Source: Nitrospirota bacterium
GTDB taxonomy: Bacteria; Nitrospirota; Thermodesulfovibrionia; Thermodesulfovibrionales; Dissulfurispiraceae
Length of the DNA stretch: 64,000 bases
Reading direction: 5' to 3'
Assembly (NCBI GenBank): GCA_040758355.1
Contig: JBFLWF010000002.1
Span: 102,915 to 166,914 of the forward strand
Every line of letters begins with the position of its first letter. The stretch's first letter is position 1. The position numbers were made by a program, and so were the translations under genes. Under the pieces are notes generated by a model that had not been told where the DNA came from, ran no database searches, and saw only the letters and a list, made by a program, of their open reading frames with translations. Shown piece by piece: positions 8,456 through 16,971 of this stretch.

Positions 8456-10972
8456 ATGGCAAGAGGGAGAAAGAAAAGCAAACCTGCCAATAGCAGTGTT
8501 GAAGCCTATCGGCACGAGGCTGACAAGCGGAAAAATGCTGTGCCTGTTGGTCTTGCATCTTATGATACTGCAAAGCCTAAGCCAAAGAAGTATGAATACG
8601 ACCCGCATCTTGACCCTCAGCTAATATGGGCAGGCAAGGCAGAGCGCACATCCTTTGAAGCGCCTACGGTTTCGCTTCATATCCATGAAAACATAGCACC
8701 AGAAGCTATAATCCGTTCAGTTAAAAGAGAAACCCCTCAGCCTGATTTATTTGCAAAGCCAGAGATGCCGTTAAAAGACCTTGTTGAGTTTTATCAGCAC
8801 GACATGGACTGGACAAACAGGCTGATACTCGGCGATTCCCTGCTTGTGATGAACTCAATGCTTGAGCGGGAGATGCTCGCAGGCAAGGTGCAGTGCATAT
8901 TTTTTGACCCTCCCTATGGCGTGAAATTCTCCTCAAACTTTCAGCCTTCTGTCCGACAGAGAGATGTAAAAGACTCCGATGAATTCATGGTGCGAGAGCC
9001 TGAGCAAATCAAGGCATACCGCGACACATGGGAACTCGGCATTCATTCATACCTTTCATATCTCAGAGACAGATTGCTTTTGAGCCGCGACCTCCTGACC
9101 GATTCAGGAAGCATCTTTGTCCAGATTTCAGATGAGAATGTGCATCATGTTAGGGAATTGATGGATGAGGTGTTTGGGAAAGAGAATTTTGTGAACATCA
9201 TAACATTTACGAAAACACGTTCTCTTGTATCTTCAGACGCATTAACTACTATAGCCGACTTTATATTATGGTATGCAAAAGACAAAGACCAGATAAAGAT
9301 AAGAAAAATATTCAAATCTGGTTCTAATCAAGAGTTAATTTCTCATTATGAAGATGCAAAAGGGCATATATATACCAAAACAGAGGGCGAAAAAGTACTG
9401 CAAGAAAACCCAAATGCAAATCTGAAACCGTTCATGTCTGATAACCTGATACGAGCATTTAATCCAGAATTTGAATTTGAATTTCAAGGGAAAAAATATA
9501 GAGGGCAATATAGAACTAATCCAGAGGGAATGAAAAATCTCGCTGCTGCTAATAGGCTTTTTGTTTCAGGTAAGCAATTAAGATATAAATTTTTTCTTTC
9601 TGATTATCCCGTTTCAACATTGAATACTATATGGGATGATGTAATCGGAGCAACAGATAAGGTTTATGTTGTTCAAACAAATGTTAAAGTTATAGAACGC
9701 TGTATCCTTATGACCACAGACCCGGGAGATTTGGTCTTTGACCCGACATGCGGGAGCGGGACAACCGCTTATGTTGCGGAGCAATGGGGAAGGCGATGGA
9801 TAACATGCGATACATCAAGGGTTGCCCTTACCCTTGCGCGGCAAAGGCTGATGACCGCTGTTTATCCGTATTACAAACTTGCTGATGAGGAGATGGGCGT
9901 AAAGGGCGGATTTATCTATGAGGAAGTGCCTCATATTACCTTAAAATCTATTGCGAACAATGAACCGTCTGATAAAGAAATCCTCTTTGATAAGCCTGAA
10001 GTTGACAGAAAGAGAATCAGGGTTGCTGGACCCTTTACGGTTGAAGGAATACCGCAGCACTCAATACTTGATTTTGAAGATGCGAATTATGAGACTGAAA
10101 CGGCTGTCATTGCGAGGGACGAAGTCCCGAAGCAATCTCGGTTCGGGGCAGTCTCCGCAATCTCAAGGCGCGAGATTCCTCGCTACGCTCGGAATGACAC
10201 AATCAGGGTTGAGGCTGAAAACCACATCCATACCCTCATAGAGCTTTTCCGCAAAGACGGCGTAACATTCCCCGGCAACAAAAAGATGAAGTTTGAAAAC
10301 CTGATTCCTGTCCACATTGGCTTTATTCATGCCGAAGGAGAGCCGGTTGAAAAGAACGGGGTTAAGAAGGTTGCCGTGTCTTTCGGTCCCCCGCATGGGC
10401 CTGTTACAGTCAGGCAGGTTCAAGATGGAATTCATGACGCTTACCTCAGCGGATATGACGCGATAATCTTCTGCGGTTTTGCATTTGACGCTGCTGCGCA
10501 GGATGTGAGGCATCCAAAAATCAAGGTCTTCTATTCCCACATCCGCCCGGATGTCCTGATGGGAGACTTGCTGAAAACCACAGCCGCAAGCCAGTTGTTC
10601 ACAGTATTTGGCGAGCCTGATATTGAGATAAAGAAACACAAAGACGAATATGAGGTTATCCTCAGAGGCGTTGACATTTATGACCCTTTGACAGGAGAGG
10701 TGTATTCAGACAATGGCAGTAAAATCGCCGCATGGTTTATTGACACAGATTACGACAAGCGCACCTTCTGCGTATCACAGGCATTCTTCCCTGACTCCAC
10801 AGCATGGGATAAATTAAAGAGGGCTTTAAAGGCATCTATTGACGAAGAAAAATTTGAACTCCTCACCAGCTCCCGCTCACTGCCTTTCAAGCTCGGCAAA
10901 GAAAACCGCATCGCCGTCAAAGTCATTGACCATAGAGGCAATGAGGTGATGGTGGTGAGGGAAATGGGGTGA
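8456..10972 (+). CDS. mod: Site-specific adenine DNA methyltransferase, type III Mod-like
   Basis: DPPY precedes FDPTCGSGTT (beta class); long C-terminal extension ending KVIDHRGNE; start moved to the ATG after aaggag. Confidence 0.88.
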   Translation: MARGRKKSKPANSSVEAYRHEADKRKNAVPVGLASYDTAKPKPKKYEYDPHLDPQLIWAGKAERTSFEAPTVSLHIHENIAPEAIIRSVKRETPQPDLFAKPEMPLKDLVEFYQHDMDWTNRLILGDSLLVMNSMLEREMLAGKVQCIFFDPPYGVKFSSNFQPSVRQRDVKDSDEFMVREPEQIKAYRDTWELGIHSYLSYLRDRLLLSRDLLTDSGSIFVQISDENVHHVRELMDEVFGKENFVNIITFTKTRSLVSSDALTTIADFILWYAKDKDQIKIRKIFKSGSNQELISHYEDAKGHIYTKTEGEKVLQENPNANLKPFMSDNLIRAFNPEFEFEFQGKKYRGQYRTNPEGMKNLAAANRLFVSGKQLRYKFFLSDYPVSTLNTIWDDVIGATDKVYVVQTNVKVIERCILMTTDPGDLVFDPTCGSGTTAYVAEQWGRRWITCDTSRVALTLARQRLMTAVYPYYKLADEEMGVKGGFIYEEVPHITLKSIANNEPSDKEILFDKPEVDRKRIRVAGPFTVEGIPQHSILDFEDANYETETAVIARDEVPKQSRFGAVSAISRREIPRYARNDTIRVEAENHIHTLIELFRKDGVTFPGNKKMKFENLIPVHIGFIHAEGEPVEKNGVKKVAVSFGPPHGPVTVRQVQDGIHDAYLSGYDAIIFCGFAFDAAAQDVRHPKIKVFYSHIRPDVLMGDLLKTTAASQLFTVFGEPDIEIKKHKDEYEVILRGVDIYDPLTGEVYSDNGSKIAAWFIDTDYDKRTFCVSQAFFPDSTAWDKLKRALKASIDEEKFELLTSSRSLPFKLGKENRIAVKVIDHRGNEVMVVREMG
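10105..10199. repeat. Palindromic REP/MITE-like element inserted in frame in the methyltransferase
   Basis: tgtcattgcgagg...gaagcaatctcg ... cgagattcctcgctacgctcggaatgaca, with terminal inverted repeats. Confidence 0.8.
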
Positions 10973-10975
10973 GTA

Positions 10976-11854
10976 ATGAACAACTCTTTCTTTTCATCAG
11001 CACAAGCTGATGATCCCTTCTATAATCGTATCCGGAATAATTTTAACCCGGATTATAATGGTGCTCGTGATTTTGTTGAGGCAATGTGGCAGAAATATGA
11101 AGCCTATGCAGAACCAGATTTCTTAGATAATGCCATGAAAGATTTTCATGCAAAGTCATGGGAAATGTATCTTGGCTGTCTTTTTAAAAATTACGGGTTC
11201 GATCTTCAGAAGAAAACAAAAAAGGAAGGACCTGATTTACATCTGAGGCGGAATAACCGTTCAATATGGGTTGAAGCAACAGCACCAGAATCGGGAACCG
11301 GTGCGAATGCCGTGCCCGATTATAGGTTTGGCGAAGTCTCAGACCAGCCGGTTGAGCAAATCATTCTTCGCTTAACATCTGCGATACAGGAGAAGTTTAA
11401 AAAGCATAAAGGGTATATAGGTAAGAGCACCATTAAACCAGATGATTTTTTTGTAATCGCAATCAATGGGGGAAGAATTCGCCATGCTATTTTAGAACAG
11501 GATATACCTTACATAGTTAAAAGCGTATTGCCTTTTGGCAATTTAGTGCTGACCCTTCGTAAAGACCCACTGGAGATTGTCAATTCTAATTATGAATATA
11601 GAGATACTATCTCAACAGCAAAAGGCAGCCCTGTAGCGACCAATATTTTTGAAAATAAAGATTACGCAGGAATCAGTGCCGTTCTTTACTCATGGATGAA
11701 TATTGTTAGTCGTCCAAATAAAATCGGCGTTGAAGTACATTTAGTACACAATCCACTTGCAGATAATAAGCTGCCACTTGGCATATTTCCTTTTGGAACA
11801 GAATGGTGGATAGAAGGCGATGAATTAATCCGAAAGAGTTATGCAGTGGTATGA
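10976..11854 (+). CDS. Hypothetical protein, probable PD-(D/E)XK-fold nuclease
   Basis: WEMYLG...GPDL...WVEATAP; lies between mod and res. Confidence 0.55.
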   Translation: MNNSFFSSAQADDPFYNRIRNNFNPDYNGARDFVEAMWQKYEAYAEPDFLDNAMKDFHAKSWEMYLGCLFKNYGFDLQKKTKKEGPDLHLRRNNRSIWVEATAPESGTGANAVPDYRFGEVSDQPVEQIILRLTSAIQEKFKKHKGYIGKSTIKPDDFFVIAINGGRIRHAILEQDIPYIVKSVLPFGNLVLTLRKDPLEIVNSNYEYRDTISTAKGSPVATNIFENKDYAGISAVLYSWMNIVSRPNKIGVEVHLVHNPLADNKLPLGIFPFGTEWWIEGDELIRKSYAVV

Positions 11855-11864
11855 GAATAAACCT

Positions 11865-11972
11865 ATGCCTTTAAAATCCTTTGAATCGCAAAACATGGAG
11901 TTCAAGTCCAACTGGCCGAAGGCTCGGTCAGAGCGGGATGAGGCGGGAGGAAGATTTTGTCTAAACGAATAA
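11865..11972 (+). pseudogene. Remnant of an AlbA_2/Schlafen-domain gene start
   Basis: MPLKSFESQNMEFKSNW...RDE followed by an early stop. Confidence 0.5.
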
Positions 11973-13021
11973 CGCCCAATAAATACACCACGCTGATTAA
12001 GCGTCTTGCAGATATTATCCATTCTGCGAGGGCTACTGCTGTGCGTCAGATTAATAAGGCTCAGGTGCTTGCATATTATGAAATCGGCAGGGAGATTGTT
12101 GAGTTTGAGCAGAAGGGAAAGGCACGTGCAGGGTATGGAGAGGAACTGATAAAAAGGCTTTCAAAGGATATGACTGAAAGGTTTGGCAGGGGATTTTCTA
12201 CTACAAATCTAAAAATGATGCGGCTTTTCTATCAAGCATTCCCAATTCGTCAGACGGTGTCTGACGAATCTTTAGCATCAATTCGCCAGACACCGTCTGA
12301 TGAATTCAACCCCATGCTTTCATGGTCTCATTATTGCGAACTGTTGAGCGTTGAAAATCCCCTTGCCCGCTCATTCTATGAGCAGGAGGCAGCGAATAAT
12401 AACTGGTCATTCCGTGAACTGAAACGGCAGATCAATTCTCAGCTTTTTGAAAGATTGTCATTGAGCAAGGATACCCATGCAGTAATGAGATTATCAAAAA
12501 GAGGACATATTATTGAAACTCCCGAAGATGCTATTAAAGACCCTTATGTTCTGGAATTTCTTAATCTAAAAGAGGAAGCTGTATATACTGAAAGCCATCT
12601 TGAGCAGGCTATAATGGACAATTTACAGAAGTTTCTTCTTGAGATGGGAAGGGGGTTCACATTTGTCGCGCGGCAAAAGCGCATAACAGTAGGCAACAGG
12701 CATTATTATATTGACCTTATTTTTTATAATCGCATCCTGAAGTGCATGGTTCTTATAGACCTGAAGATAGATGAGCTTACTCATGCAGACATAGGCCAAA
12801 TGAACTTTTATCTGAATTATTTCAAAGACAATGAAATGACCGAAGGGGAAAATGAGCCGATAGGTTTGATGCTTTGTGCTCGCAAAGACGAGGTTTTTGC
12901 AAAATATGTGTTGGGAAACTTAAACAATAAGATATTTGCTTCAAAATACAAGCTTGCGCTTCCGACTGAAAAAGAGCTTGTGAAGAAAATCAAATCATTA
13001 CATCTTTTAGAGGGTCAATGA
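11957..13021 (+). CDS. Second DUF1016 / YhcG family nuclease
   Basis: LSWSHY, KDPYVLEFL, LEMGRGFTFVARQ, IDLIFY. Confidence 0.9.
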   Translation: MSKRITPNKYTTLIKRLADIIHSARATAVRQINKAQVLAYYEIGREIVEFEQKGKARAGYGEELIKRLSKDMTERFGRGFSTTNLKMMRLFYQAFPIRQTVSDESLASIRQTPSDEFNPMLSWSHYCELLSVENPLARSFYEQEAANNNWSFRELKRQINSQLFERLSLSKDTHAVMRLSKRGHIIETPEDAIKDPYVLEFLNLKEEAVYTESHLEQAIMDNLQKFLLEMGRGFTFVARQKRITVGNRHYYIDLIFYNRILKCMVLIDLKIDELTHADIGQMNFYLNYFKDNEMTEGENEPIGLMLCARKDEVFAKYVLGNLNNKIFASKYKLALPTEKELVKKIKSLHLLEGQ

Positions 13022-13081
13022 TGATTGAGGAACTGAGCAGATGATGCATAAATGAGGCAAAAACTAAGGAAACTATAAACC

Positions 13082-15955
13082 ATGTCATTAGCTGTTGATA
13101 ACCCAATACTTAACAATCCCTTTGAGGAGCCAAGGGAATACTGGATCTATGAGGAAGGGCAGCCGAAGAGGATGTCAGGCAGGCGGCCAGCGGGTTATTA
13201 TTTCCGCACCGGCAAGCGTTCTGACGCACAAGCCGCATTATTTACAGAAGAGCAGTTCGTGGAGCTTGAGCTTGTAAACAAGATCCGGCAGAGGGTCAAG
13301 GAATGGCGCGAAGGCGGTTATAAAGGCGGGACAGGAGTTACAGAAAGGCTGCTTCAGCACTGGAATACAAAGGACAGGGAGAGAAAGCTCTTTTTCTGCC
13401 AGATTGAGGCAGTTGAGACAATCATATATCTGACCGAGATACTGCCCAAAAATCCAAAAGGAATCACAATACCGCCTGATTTGCCTGCTGAGTCCGACCT
13501 TGCAAAGGGATATAAGGCGCTCAGAAGATACGGCTGCAAAATGGCGACAGGCAGCGGCAAGACGCTTGTTATGGCGATGCTTGCTGCATGGTCTGTAATT
13601 AACAAGGCGCAATACAGGCAGGATAAGAGATTTTCGGATGCTGTGCTTGTAGTATGCCCCAATTTAACAGTCAAAGAAAGGCTGTCTGTTCTTTATCCAT
13701 CAAATCAGGATAATTATTATGAGAAGTTTGACCTTGTGCCGCGCTCTATGCTGGATATGCTTTCAAAAGGAAAGTTCCTTATAACAAACTGGCATTCTTT
13801 TTTGCCTGTTGACGACAGCAAGAAAAGAAGCGTTGTCCAGCGCGGTGAGGAAAGCGAAAAGGCTTTCTGCAATAGGGTATTGAAGGAACTGTCAGGCAAG
13901 GAAAACCTGCTTGTTTTCAATGACGAGGCGCATCATGCGTATCGTCCTGCGCCTTTTGAGAAGGAAGAGGAGCTAATAAAACTCAGCGGAGAAGAACGAA
14001 AGAAGCTGAAAGAGGAAAAAGAAGAGGCTACCATCTGGATCGGCGGGCTGGATAAAATCCATTTTGCGAGGAAGATAAATTTATGCGTGGATTTATCGGC
14101 AACGCCGTTTTATATACAGGGAAGCGGTTATCCCGAAGGCTCGCCATTGCCTTGGATAGTGTCTGATTTTGGTCTTGTGGATGCAATTGAAAGCGGCATA
14201 GTAAAGATCCCGAGGGTTCCGGTTGACGATAACTCTGGACAGCCTATACCAAAATATTTCCAGCTCTGGAAGACCATAAATGAATCCCTGCCTGCTTCTG
14301 AAAAGGCAACGCAGAGAAGAAAGCCTAAGCCTGAATCTGTTTTCAGAGAAGCTGAGGGTGCGCTAACAATGCTTGCAGGCGAATGGAAAAAGACATTTGA
14401 AGCCTTCAAAAAAGACGGCTTCCTTGTCCCGCCTGTAATGATATGCGTCTGTGATAACACTGACCTTGCAGAGCTTATTTTTGAATATATAAGCGGAGAA
14501 AAAAAGATAGAAAAGCAAAGGATATTTACTGCCGGAAAGCTATTCCCTGATCTATTGGGAAACACGGAGACCTTTCTGCCTACCATGCGGATTGACACAA
14601 AACTGTTAGGCGAGGCAGAGAGCGAAGACGGCACGCAGACAAAGCAGGAAGTAGCGCAGGGTTTGAGATTAAGGGTTGCAACTGTCGGCAAGACAGAATG
14701 GGAAGGGCAAGGATATCCGCCGGGCAAAGATGTAAGATGCGTTGTCTCGGTCGGTATGCTTACAGAGGGATGGGATGCGAATAATGTAACGCAGATATTC
14801 GGACTGAGGGCGTTTACATCTCAACTGTTGTGCGAACAGGTTGTAGGACGCGGCTTAAGAAGGATGAATTATACGCTTGATGAAAGCGGGATGCTTCCTG
14901 AAGAATATGTGGATGTTTACGGCATACCTTTTGAAGTCATACCTGTAAAAAAGAAAGGCAAGGGGCCGACACCGCCTCCACCGCCTTCAACATTGGTGCA
15001 GGCATTAAAAGACAGAGAACATCTCAAAATAGAGTTTCCACGTGTGGAAGGATATGTCTTTGATGTAAAAAGCAGGATTAAGATTGAGATGTCAAAATTA
15101 AAAGAAATCACTGTTGATCCGAGCAAAGAGCCGACAAAAGTGGTTGTAAAAAGAACGGTAGGGTATAAGCTCGGCTCGCCAACACGGCTTGGTCCCGGCA
15201 AAGAGGCGTATCAGGACAGGAATCCCTTTCATGAGACAAGGCGATTGAAGGAGATAATATTTGAGATTGCAAAGAGGATAACAAATGCATTAAAGAATTA
15301 TGAAAAATTCCAATGGCAGGCAAGGGAGATTTTATTTCCGCAGGTATTGGCAATTGCGAAAAAATTTATTCATGAGAAGGTTACATTCATTGATGCAAAG
15401 CCTAACGAAATAGCCCTTGAAAAATATATTCAGCTTATTGTTGAAAGACTGCTTGCAGCTATTGAACCGGATACAGGCGAAGGCGAAGCTCCGCTGCTGC
15501 CTATAATAGAGAGGTTCAGGCCTAAAGGCTCTACATCGGAAGTCCTTTTCCGCACAGTCAGAAGGGCGCATCCGACGCTGAAAAGCCATGTAAGCCATGT
15601 GGTGACGGATAACCGCTCATGGGAGCATACAGTATCTTTTTATCTTGAAGACAACCCGAATGTTATTTCTTATGTTAAGAACGACCATCTGGATTTTTCT
15701 ATTCCTTATGATTTTCTTGGCGTCAGGCATTATTACTACCCTGATTTTCTGATACGGTATAATTCCAATGGGTTAGAGACGACAGTTATCCTTGAGGTCA
15801 AGGGATATGAATCCGAGCAGGACAGGCAAAAGAAGACCGCTGCAGAAAGATGGGTTAAGGCGGTTAATTATCACGGCGGATTTGGCAGATGGGAATTGTT
15901 GGAGTGCAGAGACCCGAGAAGTCTGGATAAGATTTTGAATGGGTTGTTTAAATGA
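13082..15955 (+). CDS. res: Type III restriction enzyme Res-like SF2 helicase/nuclease
   Basis: MATGSGKT, NDEAHH, LSATP, MLTEGWDA, QVVGRGLRR; C-terminal YPDF...LEVKG. Confidence 0.88.
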   Translation: MSLAVDNPILNNPFEEPREYWIYEEGQPKRMSGRRPAGYYFRTGKRSDAQAALFTEEQFVELELVNKIRQRVKEWREGGYKGGTGVTERLLQHWNTKDRERKLFFCQIEAVETIIYLTEILPKNPKGITIPPDLPAESDLAKGYKALRRYGCKMATGSGKTLVMAMLAAWSVINKAQYRQDKRFSDAVLVVCPNLTVKERLSVLYPSNQDNYYEKFDLVPRSMLDMLSKGKFLITNWHSFLPVDDSKKRSVVQRGEESEKAFCNRVLKELSGKENLLVFNDEAHHAYRPAPFEKEEELIKLSGEERKKLKEEKEEATIWIGGLDKIHFARKINLCVDLSATPFYIQGSGYPEGSPLPWIVSDFGLVDAIESGIVKIPRVPVDDNSGQPIPKYFQLWKTINESLPASEKATQRRKPKPESVFREAEGALTMLAGEWKKTFEAFKKDGFLVPPVMICVCDNTDLAELIFEYISGEKKIEKQRIFTAGKLFPDLLGNTETFLPTMRIDTKLLGEAESEDGTQTKQEVAQGLRLRVATVGKTEWEGQGYPPGKDVRCVVSVGMLTEGWDANNVTQIFGLRAFTSQLLCEQVVGRGLRRMNYTLDESGMLPEEYVDVYGIPFEVIPVKKKGKGPTPPPPPSTLVQALKDREHLKIEFPRVEGYVFDVKSRIKIEMSKLKEITVDPSKEPTKVVVKRTVGYKLGSPTRLGPGKEAYQDRNPFHETRRLKEIIFEIAKRITNALKNYEKFQWQAREILFPQVLAIAKKFIHEKVTFIDAKPNEIALEKYIQLIVERLLAAIEPDTGEGEAPLLPIIERFRPKGSTSEVLFRTVRRAHPTLKSHVSHVVTDNRSWEHTVSFYLEDNPNVISYVKNDHLDFSIPYDFLGVRHYYYPDFLIRYNSNGLETTVILEVKGYESEQDRQKKTAAERWVKAVNYHGGFGRWELLECRDPRSLDKILNGLFK

Positions 15956-16117
15956 AGATTAATAAAGCGGTAAAGGACTTTTCCGCCAAGCGGCGTAAAG
16001 GCGTATTGAAAGGATCATTGCAGAGGTGCGGGGGGAGAGGGAAAATACCGAGTGAAACTTTTCTCAATTTGCGAGATTGCGATTGTCCATGACTCATTAT
16101 AGAGTGGAGAGGAGGAA

Positions 16118-16720
16118 ATGAGCATTAAAAACCCCCATCTTATTGTCATTGCTGGCCCTAATGGTGCAGGAAAATCAACGACAGCCCCTTTTTTGCTGAA
16201 AGGTATATTGGGAGTTGATGAATTCGTCAATGCCGATCTGATAGCTCAAGGACTTTCAGGATTTCAGCCGGAAGGTGCAGCATTTCATGCAGGGCGCGTA
16301 ATGCTCGAGCGTATCCATTATCTTGCAAAAAAGCGCGTTAATTTTGCCTTTGAAACAACATTAGCAAGCCGTACTTTTGCCCCATGGATTACAGGTTTGC
16401 GTAAAACAGGCTATGATTTTCATCTTGTCTTTCTATATCTGCCAAACGAAGAATTTGCCGTTGCCCGCGTTGCAGAAAGAGTGCGCATGGGGGGACATAA
16501 TGTGCCTGAGGAAACTATCAGACGGCGTTATAACGCAGGTCTTAAAAATTTTTTCTACCTTTATAAACCACTATCAGACTTCTGGCGTTTTTATGACAAT
16601 TCATTGCCTGAAGGCCCGCGTTTGATAGCTTTGGGTGGCATAGGACAGCCTGACGATATTAGGAGTATTGAAACATGGGGTAAAATTATGGAACAATATG
16701 AACATGGAAGAAAAGAATAA
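16118..16720 (+). CDS. Zeta-toxin-like P-loop ATPase
   Basis: IAGPNGAGKST, FVNAD, FETTL, RVAERVRMGGHNVP. Confidence 0.8.
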   Translation: MSIKNPHLIVIAGPNGAGKSTTAPFLLKGILGVDEFVNADLIAQGLSGFQPEGAAFHAGRVMLERIHYLAKKRVNFAFETTLASRTFAPWITGLRKTGYDFHLVFLYLPNEEFAVARVAERVRMGGHNVPEETIRRRYNAGLKNFFYLYKPLSDFWRFYDNSLPEGPRLIALGGIGQPDDIRSIETWGKIMEQYEHGRKE

Positions 16721-16883
16721 AAAAGAAATAGACGATATTTTCAGAGAAGGCACTCTAATTGACAAGGCTTTGAAGGAGGGCGTCCGGGAAGCTCTCATTC
16801 GCCACAAACAAGCCAGCAATCCCATTGTTGTCTGGCGTGATGGAAAAGTGGTTTGGCTGACACCGGAAGAAATACCTGTTTAA
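16698..16883 (+). CDS. Small hypothetical protein, partner of the zeta-like ATPase
   Basis: Overlaps the ATPase stop; EALIRHKQASNPIVVWRDGKVV. Confidence 0.65.
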   Translation: MNMEEKNKKEIDDIFREGTLIDKALKEGVREALIRHKQASNPIVVWRDGKVVWLTPEEIPV

Positions 16884-16893
16884 GCATAGTGCC

Positions 16894-16932
16894 CCCCTCG
16901 TTGACCAAATCCTCGCTGCTAAAAAGCAATAA
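16894..16932 (+). pseudogene. Remnant resembling the C-terminal helix of type IIG restriction-modification enzymes
   Basis: Reads PLVDQILAAKKQ*. Confidence 0.45.
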
Positions 16933-16971
16933 TTGAAAATTGGAAGGTACATTTATTCTGCACCACCCTTT

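Noticed and set aside
8456..10972. Phase-variable simple-sequence repeat in mod
   Set aside because: No long tandem or homopolymer tract was seen.
15952..16095. Short ORF after res (MKINKAVKDF...)
   Set aside because: No recognisable family; could be another scar but unsupported.
6000..16950. Classical integron or prophage
   Set aside because: No tyrosine recombinase, no recognisable attC R-box structures and no phage genes; the repeats are coding remnants.
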